This document shows, piece after piece, positions 1 to 9,027 of a stretch of 32,000 nucleotides of DNA. Below the pieces are notes generated by a model. The model had not been told where the DNA came from and did not search any database. It saw only the letters and a list, made by a program, of their open reading frames with translations. The stretch spans positions 30,001 through 62,000 of the forward strand of contig NC_014537.1 of the NCBI RefSeq assembly GCF_000148385.1, written 5' to 3'. The DNA is from Vulcanisaeta distributa DSM 14429 (GTDB lineage Archaea > Thermoproteota > Thermoprotei > Thermoproteales > Thermocladiaceae). Position 1 is the first letter of the stretch. Each line of letters begins with the position of its first letter. The position numbers were made by a program, and so were the translations under genes.

Positions 1-1
1 G

Positions 2-1201
2 GTCGCGGACCCGGTGCTTAGGAAGATTGGTGTTGATGCGATAGTGGCCACGAAGTCTAAGCCGAACTACCCATTCTGGATGAGGCAGGGAACCACGTCA
101 ACCGTTGAATGGGCGCAGGAGGCCAGTGTATTACCGACGTATAACTATACCGAGGGTCAATTTGATGAGTATGAGAAGATTGGCGGGTTCTCAGTTGAGA
201 GGAGTAAGGTCATGACCAGGTCATGCCCACAGTGCGTTATGGCTTGCGGGCATGTGGTTAAGGATGCGGAGGGTGAGCTTGCTGAGTTGGATTATGAGAA
301 TATTGCAATGCTTGGCAGTAATCTTGGTATTGGTGACTTAGCGAAGGTTGCCCATTTAAATAGGATTGCTGACATGATGGGTATGGATACGATAAGCCTA
401 GGCTCCACGCTTGGCTTTGCAATGGAAGCTTCAGAGAAGGGTCTTCTTAAGGAGAGGATTGAGTGGGGTGATTATAAGAGGGCTGCTGAGGTTGCCATGG
501 ACATAGCGCTGCAGAGGACGAAGTTAGGTAGGCTACTTGGTAGGGGGGTTAGGGCAGCATCAATGGAGTTGGGGCCTGAGGCGACGGAGTTTGCGATGCA
601 TGTTAAGGGCTTAGAGGTAAGTGCCTATGACTGCCACGCAGCACCGGGAATGGCGCTGGCATTCTCCACAAGCCCCATTGGTGCTCATCATAAGGATGCC
701 TGGTTAATATCCTGGGAGGTTCAAAGGGGTAGGTTTGACTATACCAGGGAGAAGGTTGAGAAATTGATCGAGATGCAGGACATTAGGGGCGGTTTATTCG
801 AGACCATAGTGACGTGTAGGTTCCCATGGGTTGAGGTGGGGCTTGAGCTTGATTGGTACTTCCGCCTGTTCAAGGCTGCCACGGGCATGGACATGAACAT
901 GGAGATACTAAGCACCATAAATAATAGGATTTATACATTAATTAGGGCGTTCTGGATTAGGGAGTATGGTCATTGGGATAGGGCCTATGACACACCACCT
1001 GCTAAGTGGTTTAAGAGACCGTTGAGTAAAGGTCCGCTTAAGGGTGCTAAGCTTGATCATGATGGTTATCAGAGAATGCTTAGTTGGTACTATGAATTGA
1101 GGGGTTGGGATGAGAGGGGTATACCGAGGAAGGATACCCTGAGGCGCCTGGGGCTTGAATTCGTTATCCCGCAACTCGAGACTAAGGTCAACCTTAATTA
1201 A
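2..1201 (+). CDS. Aldehyde:ferredoxin oxidoreductase (AOR) family tungsto/molybdopterin enzyme, C-terminal ~400 aa; the 5' end lies outside the window
   Basis: The frame is open from the window edge; the GTG at 14 is only the first in-frame start in the track. CPQCVMAC (nt 224-247) has the CxxCxxxC spacing of the AOR [4Fe-4S] ligands. LGRGVRAAS, VKGLEVSAYDCHAAPGMALAFSTSPIGAHH and a later TCRF Cys resemble AOR domains 2/3. Confidence 0.8.
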   Translation, partial: VADPVLRKIGVDAIVATKSKPNYPFWMRQGTTSTVEWAQEASVLPTYNYTEGQFDEYEKIGGFSVERSKVMTRSCPQCVMACGHVVKDAEGELAELDYENIAMLGSNLGIGDLAKVAHLNRIADMMGMDTISLGSTLGFAMEASEKGLLKERIEWGDYKRAAEVAMDIALQRTKLGRLLGRGVRAASMELGPEATEFAMHVKGLEVSAYDCHAAPGMALAFSTSPIGAHHKDAWLISWEVQRGRFDYTREKVEKLIEMQDIRGGLFETIVTCRFPWVEVGLELDWYFRLFKAATGMDMNMEILSTINNRIYTLIRAFWIREYGHWDRAYDTPPAKWFKRPLSKGPLKGAKLDHDGYQRMLSWYYELRGWDERGIPRKDTLRRLGLEFVIPQLETKVNLN

Positions 1202-1257
1202 ATGAATATTAATAATGAAATAAATTTATATAATGACTAATTTACAATTGATATATA

Positions 1258-1866
1258 ATGAGTAACGAGTGCCGTTTACCTTTATTTGTGGATTGCAAGG
1301 AGGTCGACGATAGCATCAAATGCCCTGGCGATAGTGGCTACAGCGTAATACCGCTGTTTGGTAAGAGGGTTAGAGTTCGTAAGGACTCGGCGCCAATAAA
1401 GTTAATGGGGTGCCTAGATGAATTAACGAACATAGCCAATAATGCTAGGCTCAACTTTAATGATAATGCAGTAAGTAGGATAGCGGCTATCGTTATGGCC
1501 CTCTCCATGCAGTTAAATGCTTACCTCGTTCAGGGCAGTGATGATAGGTTAACTAGGGTTAAAAATGTCGAGGACTTATTAATGGCTAAGGTTGCTGAGC
1601 TATGCCGTGGATTTAAAGGGCCGCTTGGCTGGATAATAGCTACTACGCCCGAACTTCAAGCCCTCGATACAATGAGGGTTAAGTTGAGGGAATGTGGTAG
1701 AATTGCCGCTTCGATGCTTGATGACTACCCACTATCATCAAACATAATTGGTGTTATGAATCATGCCGATAAGTTAGTTGCCCAGGCCATGTACTGCATG
1801 GGTGGTCGTGTGTTTAAGTCTGTCGATGATGCCGTGAATTACTTACTAAGTAATGCCACGGGATAA
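1258..1866 (+). CDS. PduO-type ATP:cob(I)alamin adenosyltransferase
   Basis: GDSGYSVIPLFGKRVRVRKDSAPIKLMGCLDELTNI fits the PduO/MMAB N-terminal signature (GDxGxT...G.R..Kd...G..DEL). It sits directly upstream of the B12-dependent mutase genes. An A/T box at 1222-1233 lies about 30 nt upstream of the ATG. Confidence 0.8.
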   Translation: MSNECRLPLFVDCKEVDDSIKCPGDSGYSVIPLFGKRVRVRKDSAPIKLMGCLDELTNIANNARLNFNDNAVSRIAAIVMALSMQLNAYLVQGSDDRLTRVKNVEDLLMAKVAELCRGFKGPLGWIIATTPELQALDTMRVKLRECGRIAASMLDDYPLSSNIIGVMNHADKLVAQAMYCMGGRVFKSVDDAVNYLLSNATG

Positions 1867-1905
1867 AGACAGATTTATTAGTTAATAATTAATTGTAATT
1901 TATTA

Positions 1906-3576
1906 ATGGAGAGTACGGATAAGATTAAGGAAAAGTATGATGAGTGGGTTAGAGAATTCCTATTACCGACCCTTAGGAAATTACCTGAATGGAGAAAATT
2001 CGTAACATCATTTGGGGTTGATGTGAAGCCGCTGTACACGCCACTCGACATTAAGGGCGAATACCTGGACAAGCTGGGATTTCCAGGCGAGTACCCATTC
2101 ACCAGGGGTATATACCCAAGCATGTATAGGTCAAGGCTATGGACGTTTAGGGAGTACTCAGGCTTTGGATCGCCAGAAGATACGAATAGGAGGTATAAAT
2201 TCCTCATATCGCAGGGGCAGACTGGCTTAAGCGTGGCCTTCGACTTACCGACGCAATTAGGTCTTGACCCTGACCATGAGCTCGCATATCCTGAGGTGGG
2301 TAAGGTCGGTGTTTCAGTTCCTGAGGTCGTTTCCATGTCTATCCTCTTTGATGGTATTGATATCGGTAAAATAACGACCTCATTCACCATAAATGCCACG
2401 GCTGCGGAGATCTTGTCCATGTACATAACGGTTGCTGAGAGTAGGGGTATTGATAAGGCTGTGCTTGATGGTACGATACAGAACGACATACTCAAGGAAT
2501 TCATAGCCAGGAACCTATACATATACCCACCGTTACACTCAATGAGGTACGCAACAGACATAATAGCCTATACATCAAAGAACCTGCCCAAGTGGCATCC
2601 AATAAGCATCAGTGGCTATCACTTCAGGGAGGCTGGGGCCACGGCAGTCCAGGAACTAGCCTTTACGCTGGCTGATGCCATTGAATACACTAATTGGGTG
2701 ATAAATAGGTGGAAGATGAATGTTGATGACTTCGCGCCCGGCTTATCCTTCTTCTTCGCAGCAACGACAAACCTCTTTGAGGAGGTTGCAAAGTTTAGAG
2801 CTGCTCGTAGGCTTTATGCGAGGATTATGAAGGAGAGGTTTGGTGTCAAAAAGCCTGAGTCAATGAGGATGAAGTTCCACGTACAAACGTCGGGGGCCGC
2901 ATTAACAGCTCAGCAACCCGAGGTTAACATTATTAGGACTACGATACAGGCATTAGCCGCCGTACTCGGTGGTGCCCAATCACTCCATGTTAATGCCTAT
3001 GATGAGGCGTTGGCGTTGCCTACGGAGAAGTCCGTGAAGTTAGCATTGAGGGTTCAGCAGGTGATAGCGTATGAGAGTGGTGTAGTTGATTCGATAGATC
3101 CGCTGGGTGGTTCGTACTATATTGAGTGGCTCACCGACACAATCGAAGAGGAAGTCATGAAAATAATTGACTATATTGACAGGCTTGGTGGTATGACGAA
3201 GGCCGTGGAGATTGGCTACCCACAGAGGGCTATTGCCGAATCGGCATATCAATATCAGAGGATGGTTGAGGAGGGTAAAATAGCCGTGATTGGGGTCAAC
3301 ATGTTTAGGGAAGAGGAGGAACTGCACATAGAGCTTCATAGGGTGGACCCAGTGTCTAGGGAGAGGAGCATTAAGCGTGTTAGGGAGGTTAGGGAGAGCC
3401 GTGATAAGGAGGCTTGGGAGAGGGCGCTCAATGAGTTGAGGAGGGTGGCTGATAGGGAGGATGAGAATGTGTTCCCATACATACTGAATGCGGTTAAGGC
3501 TAAGGCAACCGTCGGTGAGATATCGGGTGTGTTACGTGATGTTTGGGGTGAGTATAAACCACCATCTATTTACTAA
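1906..3576 (+). CDS. Methylmalonyl-CoA mutase, large substrate-binding (TIM-barrel) subunit
   Basis: 556 aa. FPGEYPFTRGIYPSMYRSRLWTFREYSGFG, GLSVAFDLPTQLG, SISGYHFREAGA and HVQTSGAALTAQQP are typical of the MCM alpha N-terminal domain. This is the archaeal split arrangement, with the B12 domain encoded by the next gene. Confidence 0.92.
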   Translation: MESTDKIKEKYDEWVREFLLPTLRKLPEWRKFVTSFGVDVKPLYTPLDIKGEYLDKLGFPGEYPFTRGIYPSMYRSRLWTFREYSGFGSPEDTNRRYKFLISQGQTGLSVAFDLPTQLGLDPDHELAYPEVGKVGVSVPEVVSMSILFDGIDIGKITTSFTINATAAEILSMYITVAESRGIDKAVLDGTIQNDILKEFIARNLYIYPPLHSMRYATDIIAYTSKNLPKWHPISISGYHFREAGATAVQELAFTLADAIEYTNWVINRWKMNVDDFAPGLSFFFAATTNLFEEVAKFRAARRLYARIMKERFGVKKPESMRMKFHVQTSGAALTAQQPEVNIIRTTIQALAAVLGGAQSLHVNAYDEALALPTEKSVKLALRVQQVIAYESGVVDSIDPLGGSYYIEWLTDTIEEEVMKIIDYIDRLGGMTKAVEIGYPQRAIAESAYQYQRMVEEGKIAVIGVNMFREEEELHIELHRVDPVSRERSIKRVREVRESRDKEAWERALNELRRVADREDENVFPYILNAVKAKATVGEISGVLRDVWGEYKPPSIY

Positions 3577-3618
3577 GGAAAAGATTTTTAGGGTATGATG
3601 CATGGTTAGTGATGAAGT

Positions 3619-4014
3619 ATGCCTAAGCCTAAGATAATCATTGCAAAGCTTGGCCTTGATGGGCATGACAGGGGTGCTAAGGTTGTTGCTAGGGCATTAG
3701 CCGAGGCAGGCTTTGAGGTTGTTTACACGGGTATTCGGCAAACGCCTAGCCAGGTTGTTGAGACGGCAATTCAGGAGGATGCCAAGCTAATAGGCATTAG
3801 TATATTGTCTGGCTCGCACATGGAGCTTGTGGGTGAGTTGATGAGGATAATGAAGGAGAGGGGTTTAAACATTCCCGTACTGGTTGGTGGGATAATACCC
3901 CCTGAGGATAGGGATGCATTGCTTAAGATGGGTGTAGCCGGTGTTTATGGTCCTGGTACACCACTTAGGGAGATCATTGAGATAGTTAAGAAGCTCGTAG
4001 GTGCTCAGCAATGA
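3619..4014 (+). CDS. Methylmalonyl-CoA mutase, small cobalamin-binding subunit
   Basis: 131 aa. [14 protein letters not shown] contains the DxHxxG B12-binding motif, followed by ISILSGSH and GGIIP segments. Its stop overlaps the next start as ATGA (4011-4014). Confidence 0.92.
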   Translation: MPKPKIIIAKLGLDGHDRGAKVVARALAEAGFEVVYTGIRQTPSQVVETAIQEDAKLIGISILSGSHMELVGELMRIMKERGLNIPVLVGGIIPPEDRDALLKMGVAGVYGPGTPLREIIEIVKKLVGAQQ

Positions 4015-5312
4015 GCATTAATGAATTACTTGAAAGGGCACGTAATTGGGATAAGGCAGCCATTGCCAGGTTAATAACGTTGGCTGAGGAGGGTGTTGAG
4101 ATACCATTAAACATACAACGTAGGAGTCATGTAATTGGCATAACTGGACCGCCAGGTTCAGGTAAGAGTACATTAATATATACAATGGCTAGGAGGATAC
4201 CTCAGGATAAGAGAGTTGCGATCCTCACGATTGATCCATCGAGTCCATTTACAGGAGGTTCTTTCATGGGTAATAGAATTAGGATGCAGGAACTCACCTC
4301 GAGACCTAACATATACATTAGGAGTATGGCGACCAGGGGTATTCGTGGAGGACTTAACTATGCAACGATAGCCGCGGTGAACATACTAGAGTATGCCAGC
4401 GCGGATTACATATTTATTGAGACCGTCGGTGCTGGGCAATCGGATACTGACGTTAAGTACGTAGCCGACACAATACTTGTCCTGGTACCACCACTCTCTG
4501 GCGATGAGATTCAAGCCCTCAAGAGTGGTCTTATGGAGATTGGGGATATATACGTTGTTTCAAAGTCTGACAATCAAGCATCAGAGTCTACGTATAGGGA
4601 TTTGCTGGCTATGGTTGACATGATGAGGGAGGTTAAGGGTGATTCCTGGAAGCCAGCCGTGATTAAGGTGTCGGGTTTATATGGTTATGGCGTTGATGAG
4701 CTTCTCAAGCTCATTGATGATAGGTTTAGGGTGTTGGTTGGCAATGGTAAATTGAATGAATCCCTAACCAGCAGGAGATTGCTTGAAATGAGACTTTATG
4801 CCTATGACATACTTGAGAAGAGACTTAACGAGAGTAAGGAGCTTGAAAATGAGGTTGTTAATGGTAAATTGTCGCCGCAGGAAGCGGCGAGGAGGTTGTT
4901 GGGTATGGAGATGCCGAGGCTCGATCACGTAGCAGTCGCGGTTAAGGACCTTAACAGTGCTGTTGAAAAGTTCAGGAAGTTGGGGCTTAGGGTTAGTGAT
5001 CCGATAATTGTTGAGGAGCAGGGGGTTAAGGTCGTAATGGTGTGGCTTGGTAATACGAGGATTGAATTACTTGAAACACTTAATCCAGGTTCGACAGTGG
5101 CTAAGTTCCTTGAGAGTAGGGGTGAGGGTATTCATCACATAGCCCTTGAGGTTAATGACCTGGAGGAATTCATCAAGAGAGTGCAGGAGGCTGGCCTTGT
5201 ACTAACCGGTAAGCCAAGTAGGGGTGCTGAGGGCATTGTTACGTTCATACACCCAAAGAGTCTCAATGGTGTTCTTCTCGAATTAGTTCAACGTGAGGCC
5301 TCCAATGAGTGA
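4011..5312 (+). CDS. meaB: MeaB/ArgK-type G-protein chaperone fused in frame to methylmalonyl-CoA epimerase (VOC fold)
   Basis: The N-terminal ~298 aa carry GPPGSGKST (P-loop), [27 protein letters not shown] and SKSD. Residues 301-433 start [14 protein letters not shown] and contain GIHHIALEV and [15 protein letters not shown], an epimerase/glyoxalase-type domain. There is no stop codon between the two parts. Confidence 0.88.
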   Translation: MSINELLERARNWDKAAIARLITLAEEGVEIPLNIQRRSHVIGITGPPGSGKSTLIYTMARRIPQDKRVAILTIDPSSPFTGGSFMGNRIRMQELTSRPNIYIRSMATRGIRGGLNYATIAAVNILEYASADYIFIETVGAGQSDTDVKYVADTILVLVPPLSGDEIQALKSGLMEIGDIYVVSKSDNQASESTYRDLLAMVDMMREVKGDSWKPAVIKVSGLYGYGVDELLKLIDDRFRVLVGNGKLNESLTSRRLLEMRLYAYDILEKRLNESKELENEVVNGKLSPQEAARRLLGMEMPRLDHVAVAVKDLNSAVEKFRKLGLRVSDPIIVEEQGVKVVMVWLGNTRIELLETLNPGSTVAKFLESRGEGIHHIALEVNDLEEFIKRVQEAGLVLTGKPSRGAEGIVTFIHPKSLNGVLLELVQREASNE

Positions 5313-5346
5313 TCTTTAAATAATCTAAGGTGCAGGCTCAGCTTGC

Positions 5347-7128
5347 GTGAAAAAGAGTAGGTCATTTGAGCGTGGCTACACAATCGTGTTTAGAGGAGGA
5401 GATTCAATAAAGTATTCATTGATACTGCTCATTATCGTAATTCCCTACCTAATGAGTCTATACGTACGTGAAACAATAATTGTATACCTCAAATCGTTGG
5501 TTATTTATGGTGTAATGTTCCTATCAGTACTCATAACCCTTAGGGCTATGGTCTTCATACAGTCATACAGGGGCTTCGGCACGACACTATCGTTATTTAG
5601 TACGGCACTTGCGGTCATTATCGACCTACTAATAACATTGGTTACCCATAAATTTGTGGTTGGTTTTGGCGCGTTATCCTTCGTCTTGCCGTTAAGTGCC
5701 ATGATAATGGTATTAAGGGGTCTTGAGCATAATGGGAACTCCATGAAGAAATACATACTATACCCACTATATACCCTGCCAAGTATATTACTTATTCAAT
5801 TAATTTCATACTTCCTAATTGGCACGATAAGCCCTATGAAGTACGTAATTTTAGATCTAACGTTTTACGTATTCTCCTTCCTATTCATTTACTACGTGAT
5901 TTTTAAGTTCGAGGCATCATATGGAGGTGTCGATATACTCAGGTTGTTTAGTTCATACTTATACACAGCCCTCTTTGAGTATTCAGAGCCATTTGAGAGG
6001 GAATTGAGTAAGAGGTCTGTGATTAGGGACGTTAAAGTTCACCTATTCATGCTCAATAACAACAACAATACTTATCCAGTCACAATACCCGAGCTTCATG
6101 CCGGCCCAATAGCTAAAGTTGGCGGTGGTTATTTAATTAGCGACCTCGTCAGCGAACTAAGCCGTTACGTTAACCCGGTGGTTTACATGCACGGTGTTGG
6201 CAGTCACGAGTTAGACCCGGCAACTAGGGTTGATGTGCGTAGGGTAGTTAGGGCGGTGGCTAATAAGGTTAGGGAATATCTGAATGGGCAATATGTAAGT
6301 AATGAATGTGCTGGTAAAATGCCTATCCAGGTACAGAGCCGTAATTTCAGGATAACCCATATACCACTTTGTGAAAAATCCATCATAATTATTAGTAGGC
6401 TCGTTAAGTCTAGCGATGACATTCCTCTCAACGTTTATGAGGAGCTGAAAAAGAGAGTAAAACTTGATTGGGATAATGTAATCCTGGTAGATGCCCAGAA
6501 TTATTACTCAGATGATAATACATGGGATGAAAACGACATTAATGAATTAGCGTCACTGCTAAGCAAAATTGGGGAGTTAGAGGATCAAAGGCTTGAGATT
6601 AAGTCGTGCGTGAGCCACGTGCCTAAGTACGCCTTTGGCCCAATACAGTTTGAGATTGGTGATAATGGTTTAATAACGTGGGGCTTAGACATAAATGGTA
6701 AGAAGGTCCTACTGGTTATATTTGATGGTAATAATTTAAGGAGAGAGTTGGCTGACGCTATAATTAATGAATTTAGGAATGGTTTTGATATTGTTGAGGT
6801 ATTAACAACGGATAATCATCAATATACGGGCATAGCCAGGTTCACGAGGAGTAGGGGGTATAAGATAGTTGGTGATTCAATAAGTCACGAGTTAATAATG
6901 AGGAATGTGAGGAGGAGTGTTAAACGTTGTCTCAATAACCTGGCAATGACCCGTGTAAGGTACTACCCAGTCATTGTTGAGGGTATTAGGTTGATAGGCG
7001 ATTCATTTAATAACATGGTAAGGGCTGCGGAGAGAGGTGTCATGGATTGGAAGAAGCACTTCATAGTATTGATAGTATTACCGATACTGACGATGATAAT
7101 CCTAGGGGTAGTACTCGGTATTCTTTAG
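5347..7128 (+). CDS. Large archaeal multi-pass membrane protein with a central soluble domain and a C-terminal TM helix (possibly DUF2070/COG3356-like, unverified)
   Basis: 593-aa ORF. About 6-7 hydrophobic helices fill the first ~200 aa, followed by a soluble region and a terminal helix (FIVLIVLPILTMIILGVVLGIL). The GTG start is supported by the A/T box CTTTAAATAAT (5314-5324), centred about 28 nt upstream. Confidence 0.7.
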   Translation: MKKSRSFERGYTIVFRGGDSIKYSLILLIIVIPYLMSLYVRETIIVYLKSLVIYGVMFLSVLITLRAMVFIQSYRGFGTTLSLFSTALAVIIDLLITLVTHKFVVGFGALSFVLPLSAMIMVLRGLEHNGNSMKKYILYPLYTLPSILLIQLISYFLIGTISPMKYVILDLTFYVFSFLFIYYVIFKFEASYGGVDILRLFSSYLYTALFEYSEPFERELSKRSVIRDVKVHLFMLNNNNNTYPVTIPELHAGPIAKVGGGYLISDLVSELSRYVNPVVYMHGVGSHELDPATRVDVRRVVRAVANKVREYLNGQYVSNECAGKMPIQVQSRNFRITHIPLCEKSIIIISRLVKSSDDIPLNVYEELKKRVKLDWDNVILVDAQNYYSDDNTWDENDINELASLLSKIGELEDQRLEIKSCVSHVPKYAFGPIQFEIGDNGLITWGLDINGKKVLLVIFDGNNLRRELADAIINEFRNGFDIVEVLTTDNHQYTGIARFTRSRGYKIVGDSISHELIMRNVRRSVKRCLNNLAMTRVRYYPVIVEGIRLIGDSFNNMVRAAERGVMDWKKHFIVLIVLPILTMIILGVVLGIL

Positions 7129-7186
7129 CATTTAATAGATACAAAAGGTTTAATAGAGAGGTCTACGTGATTACTCAGGAAGGGAT

Positions 7187-7654
7187 ATGGGTTCCGAGGA
7201 CCTAAAAAGACAGGCAATAAGAGCCCACATAGCTGGGCTTATAACGAGGCTGGAGAATTGGGTTAAGGACCAGAAGAGGTTCATGGATGAGTTGCAGAAG
7301 TACGGTGATTACATAGTCACCCAGGATAGACTCTCACTACTACTGTCAGCGCAGGCAATGCTTTACTACATAGAGAGGACTCTCAAGGACTTTGAGTCCT
7401 GGCTTAACAACCCAATGATAACCTCGATAATGCCCATAGACATGTTGAAGGAGTTAGAGGAGAGGCTTAGGGATATAGCCATCGAATTCGTTAAGCTCGA
7501 TATAGACCACACGAGTAGGTACGTGGACATACTCAGGAAGATGGAGAATGAAAATGAGATACCAGACATACTGAGGCTCTACATTGAGCAGAGGGGTATT
7601 GTGCCGCAGAGGGGTCAGCAGGGAGAGCAGGGTGAAGTACCAAGATTCATGTAA
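7187..7654 (+). CDS. Hypothetical helical protein with a Gln/Gly/Glu-rich tail
   Basis: 155-aa ORF with coding-like composition. TTTAATAGA box (7149-7157) lies upstream. I recognised no family. Confidence 0.6.
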   Translation: MGSEDLKRQAIRAHIAGLITRLENWVKDQKRFMDELQKYGDYIVTQDRLSLLLSAQAMLYYIERTLKDFESWLNNPMITSIMPIDMLKELEERLRDIAIEFVKLDIDHTSRYVDILRKMENENEIPDILRLYIEQRGIVPQRGQQGEQGEVPRFM

Positions 7655-7672
7655 TTAAAAATCCCCTGCCCA

Positions 7673-8044
7673 CTATTTCTCACTAATTTCATTTAAATAA
7701 TCCTTAATTATCTGGATAGCGTCCTTACCAAACATCTTAATAATCAAACCAATGTGCTCCCTAATAATCTCGCTCTTTACCTCATATGGTATTGATAGCT
7801 CATAGACGAACTGCCTAACATTGTTAATGACCTTCTCACGCTTATTAATGAACCCCCTAGTGTACAATCTACTCAATACTGTAAGCACCGTGGTGTAGGC
7901 AGTCTTCCTACCCCTCTTGGTTAATTCTTCCCATATGGTCATTGCCGTGGCCTCCTTAAGCTCATTAAGTATGCCAATAACCTCAGCCTCAAGTGGTCCA
8001 ATCATCAATAGAAGTCGTCTTCTACGCTCACTTTGCTCCATCAT
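7673..8044 (-). CDS. Winged-helix transcriptional regulator, BlaI/CopY(Penicillinase_R)-like or MarR-like
   Basis: LGPLEAEVIGILNELKEATAMTIWEELTKRGRKTAYTTVLTVLSRLYTRGFINKREKV follows the BlaI/CopY wHTH pattern. It has its own TTTATAAA box (8066-8073, read on the minus strand) 22-29 nt upstream of the ATG. Confidence 0.6.
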   Translation of the reverse strand: MMEQSERRRRLLLMIGPLEAEVIGILNELKEATAMTIWEELTKRGRKTAYTTVLTVLSRLYTRGFINKREKVINNVRQFVYELSIPYEVKSEIIREHIGLIIKMFGKDAIQIIKDYLNEISEK

Positions 8045-8085
8045 ATGGGTTTACACGTGTAGTTTTATAAACCTAACACACAGAT

Positions 8086-8931
8086 CTAAAGCTTACCAAC
8101 TTTAATATCTAGCCTAACCTTATACACATATGGAGCATAATCCCTAACAACCCTCCTATTAACGACTTGGCACTCATAACCTAACTCATCACAGTAGCTC
8201 TTAACCAAGCCCTCGGCCTCACCATAAGGATTCTCCTCAGCGCCCAGGTGATAAAAATGAACAATACCACCATCCCTAACGCACATCAATGACTGCCTGA
8301 GGAATTTATGGGCACCCAGGGGAAGGGTTAGTATAATCCTATCAACACCGCAGAATAACCCCATTAATCTTGCGGCATCACCGAGTAGTGGTAATACCTT
8401 ACCCTCAAGCTTATTCAGCTTAATATTATCGAGCATGTAGTAATACGCGTACTCATTAAGCTCAATAGCAATGACTAACTTAACCAATGGTTGTCTCTTT
8501 AATATGGCAATTGCGTAAGGACCAACACCAGCAAACGGGTATAAAATAACCTCATTAGGCATTACCTGCTTAGCAATATCCTCTCTATCACCCTGATCCC
8601 TAGGTGAGAAGTACGCCTTAGTGGGATCAACCTTAATTAAGTAATTGCCCTCCCTATGGATGACTTCCGTAGGCCCCGGAACCAGGACTTCATACCTATA
8701 CAACCTAAACTCACCTTCTCTTGCTCCAATCCTTCTGAGCACGGTTTTAACGTGCTTATTTAACTTAGTTATTGCCTCGCCGATCACAAACTTGTAACCC
8801 TCAAGCTCTGGCGGTATTTCAATAATTGCGATAGCGCCAGACCTGGAGCCAACTATGTCGAAGCTCCTTGGTACCTTATCCCAAAGCTCCCTAGGTATTA
8901 ATGGCTTAACGACATCCTTAAGCGTCGGCAC
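8086..8931 (-). CDS. Trm5/Taw2(TYW2)-family SAM-dependent tRNA G37 modification enzyme (Met-10+ like)
   Basis: FDIVGSRSGAIAIIEIPPELEGYKFVIGEAI followed by a class I methyltransferase core (ILYPFAGVGPYAIAI). At 281 aa its size fits Taw2/Taw22-type enzymes. GTG start. Confidence 0.75.
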   Translation of the reverse strand: MPTLKDVVKPLIPRELWDKVPRSFDIVGSRSGAIAIIEIPPELEGYKFVIGEAITKLNKHVKTVLRRIGAREGEFRLYRYEVLVPGPTEVIHREGNYLIKVDPTKAYFSPRDQGDREDIAKQVMPNEVILYPFAGVGPYAIAILKRQPLVKLVIAIELNEYAYYYMLDNIKLNKLEGKVLPLLGDAARLMGLFCGVDRIILTLPLGAHKFLRQSLMCVRDGGIVHFYHLGAEENPYGEAEGLVKSYCDELGYECQVVNRRVVRDYAPYVYKVRLDIKVGKL

Positions 8932-9027
8932 TGCTTAGCAGTGAAATGCGAGGGTTATTAAATTGATTTTAGTCCGTGATCTCGTGTAGAATAAAAATTA
9001 ATAAGTGCTGTAAAACTCTGTAAATCG

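Noticed and set aside
1878-2561. 227-aa ORF on the minus strand, antisense to the mutase large subunit
   Set aside because: It lies entirely inside a strongly supported plus-strand gene. The Ser/Leu/Pro-rich composition is typical of a shadow frame, and no motif is recognisable.
3609-3615. GTGATGA (C-box-like) just upstream of the B12-subunit start
   Set aside because: No D box or partner elements are present. It is more simply a partial Shine-Dalgarno (GTGAT) for an operon-internal start.
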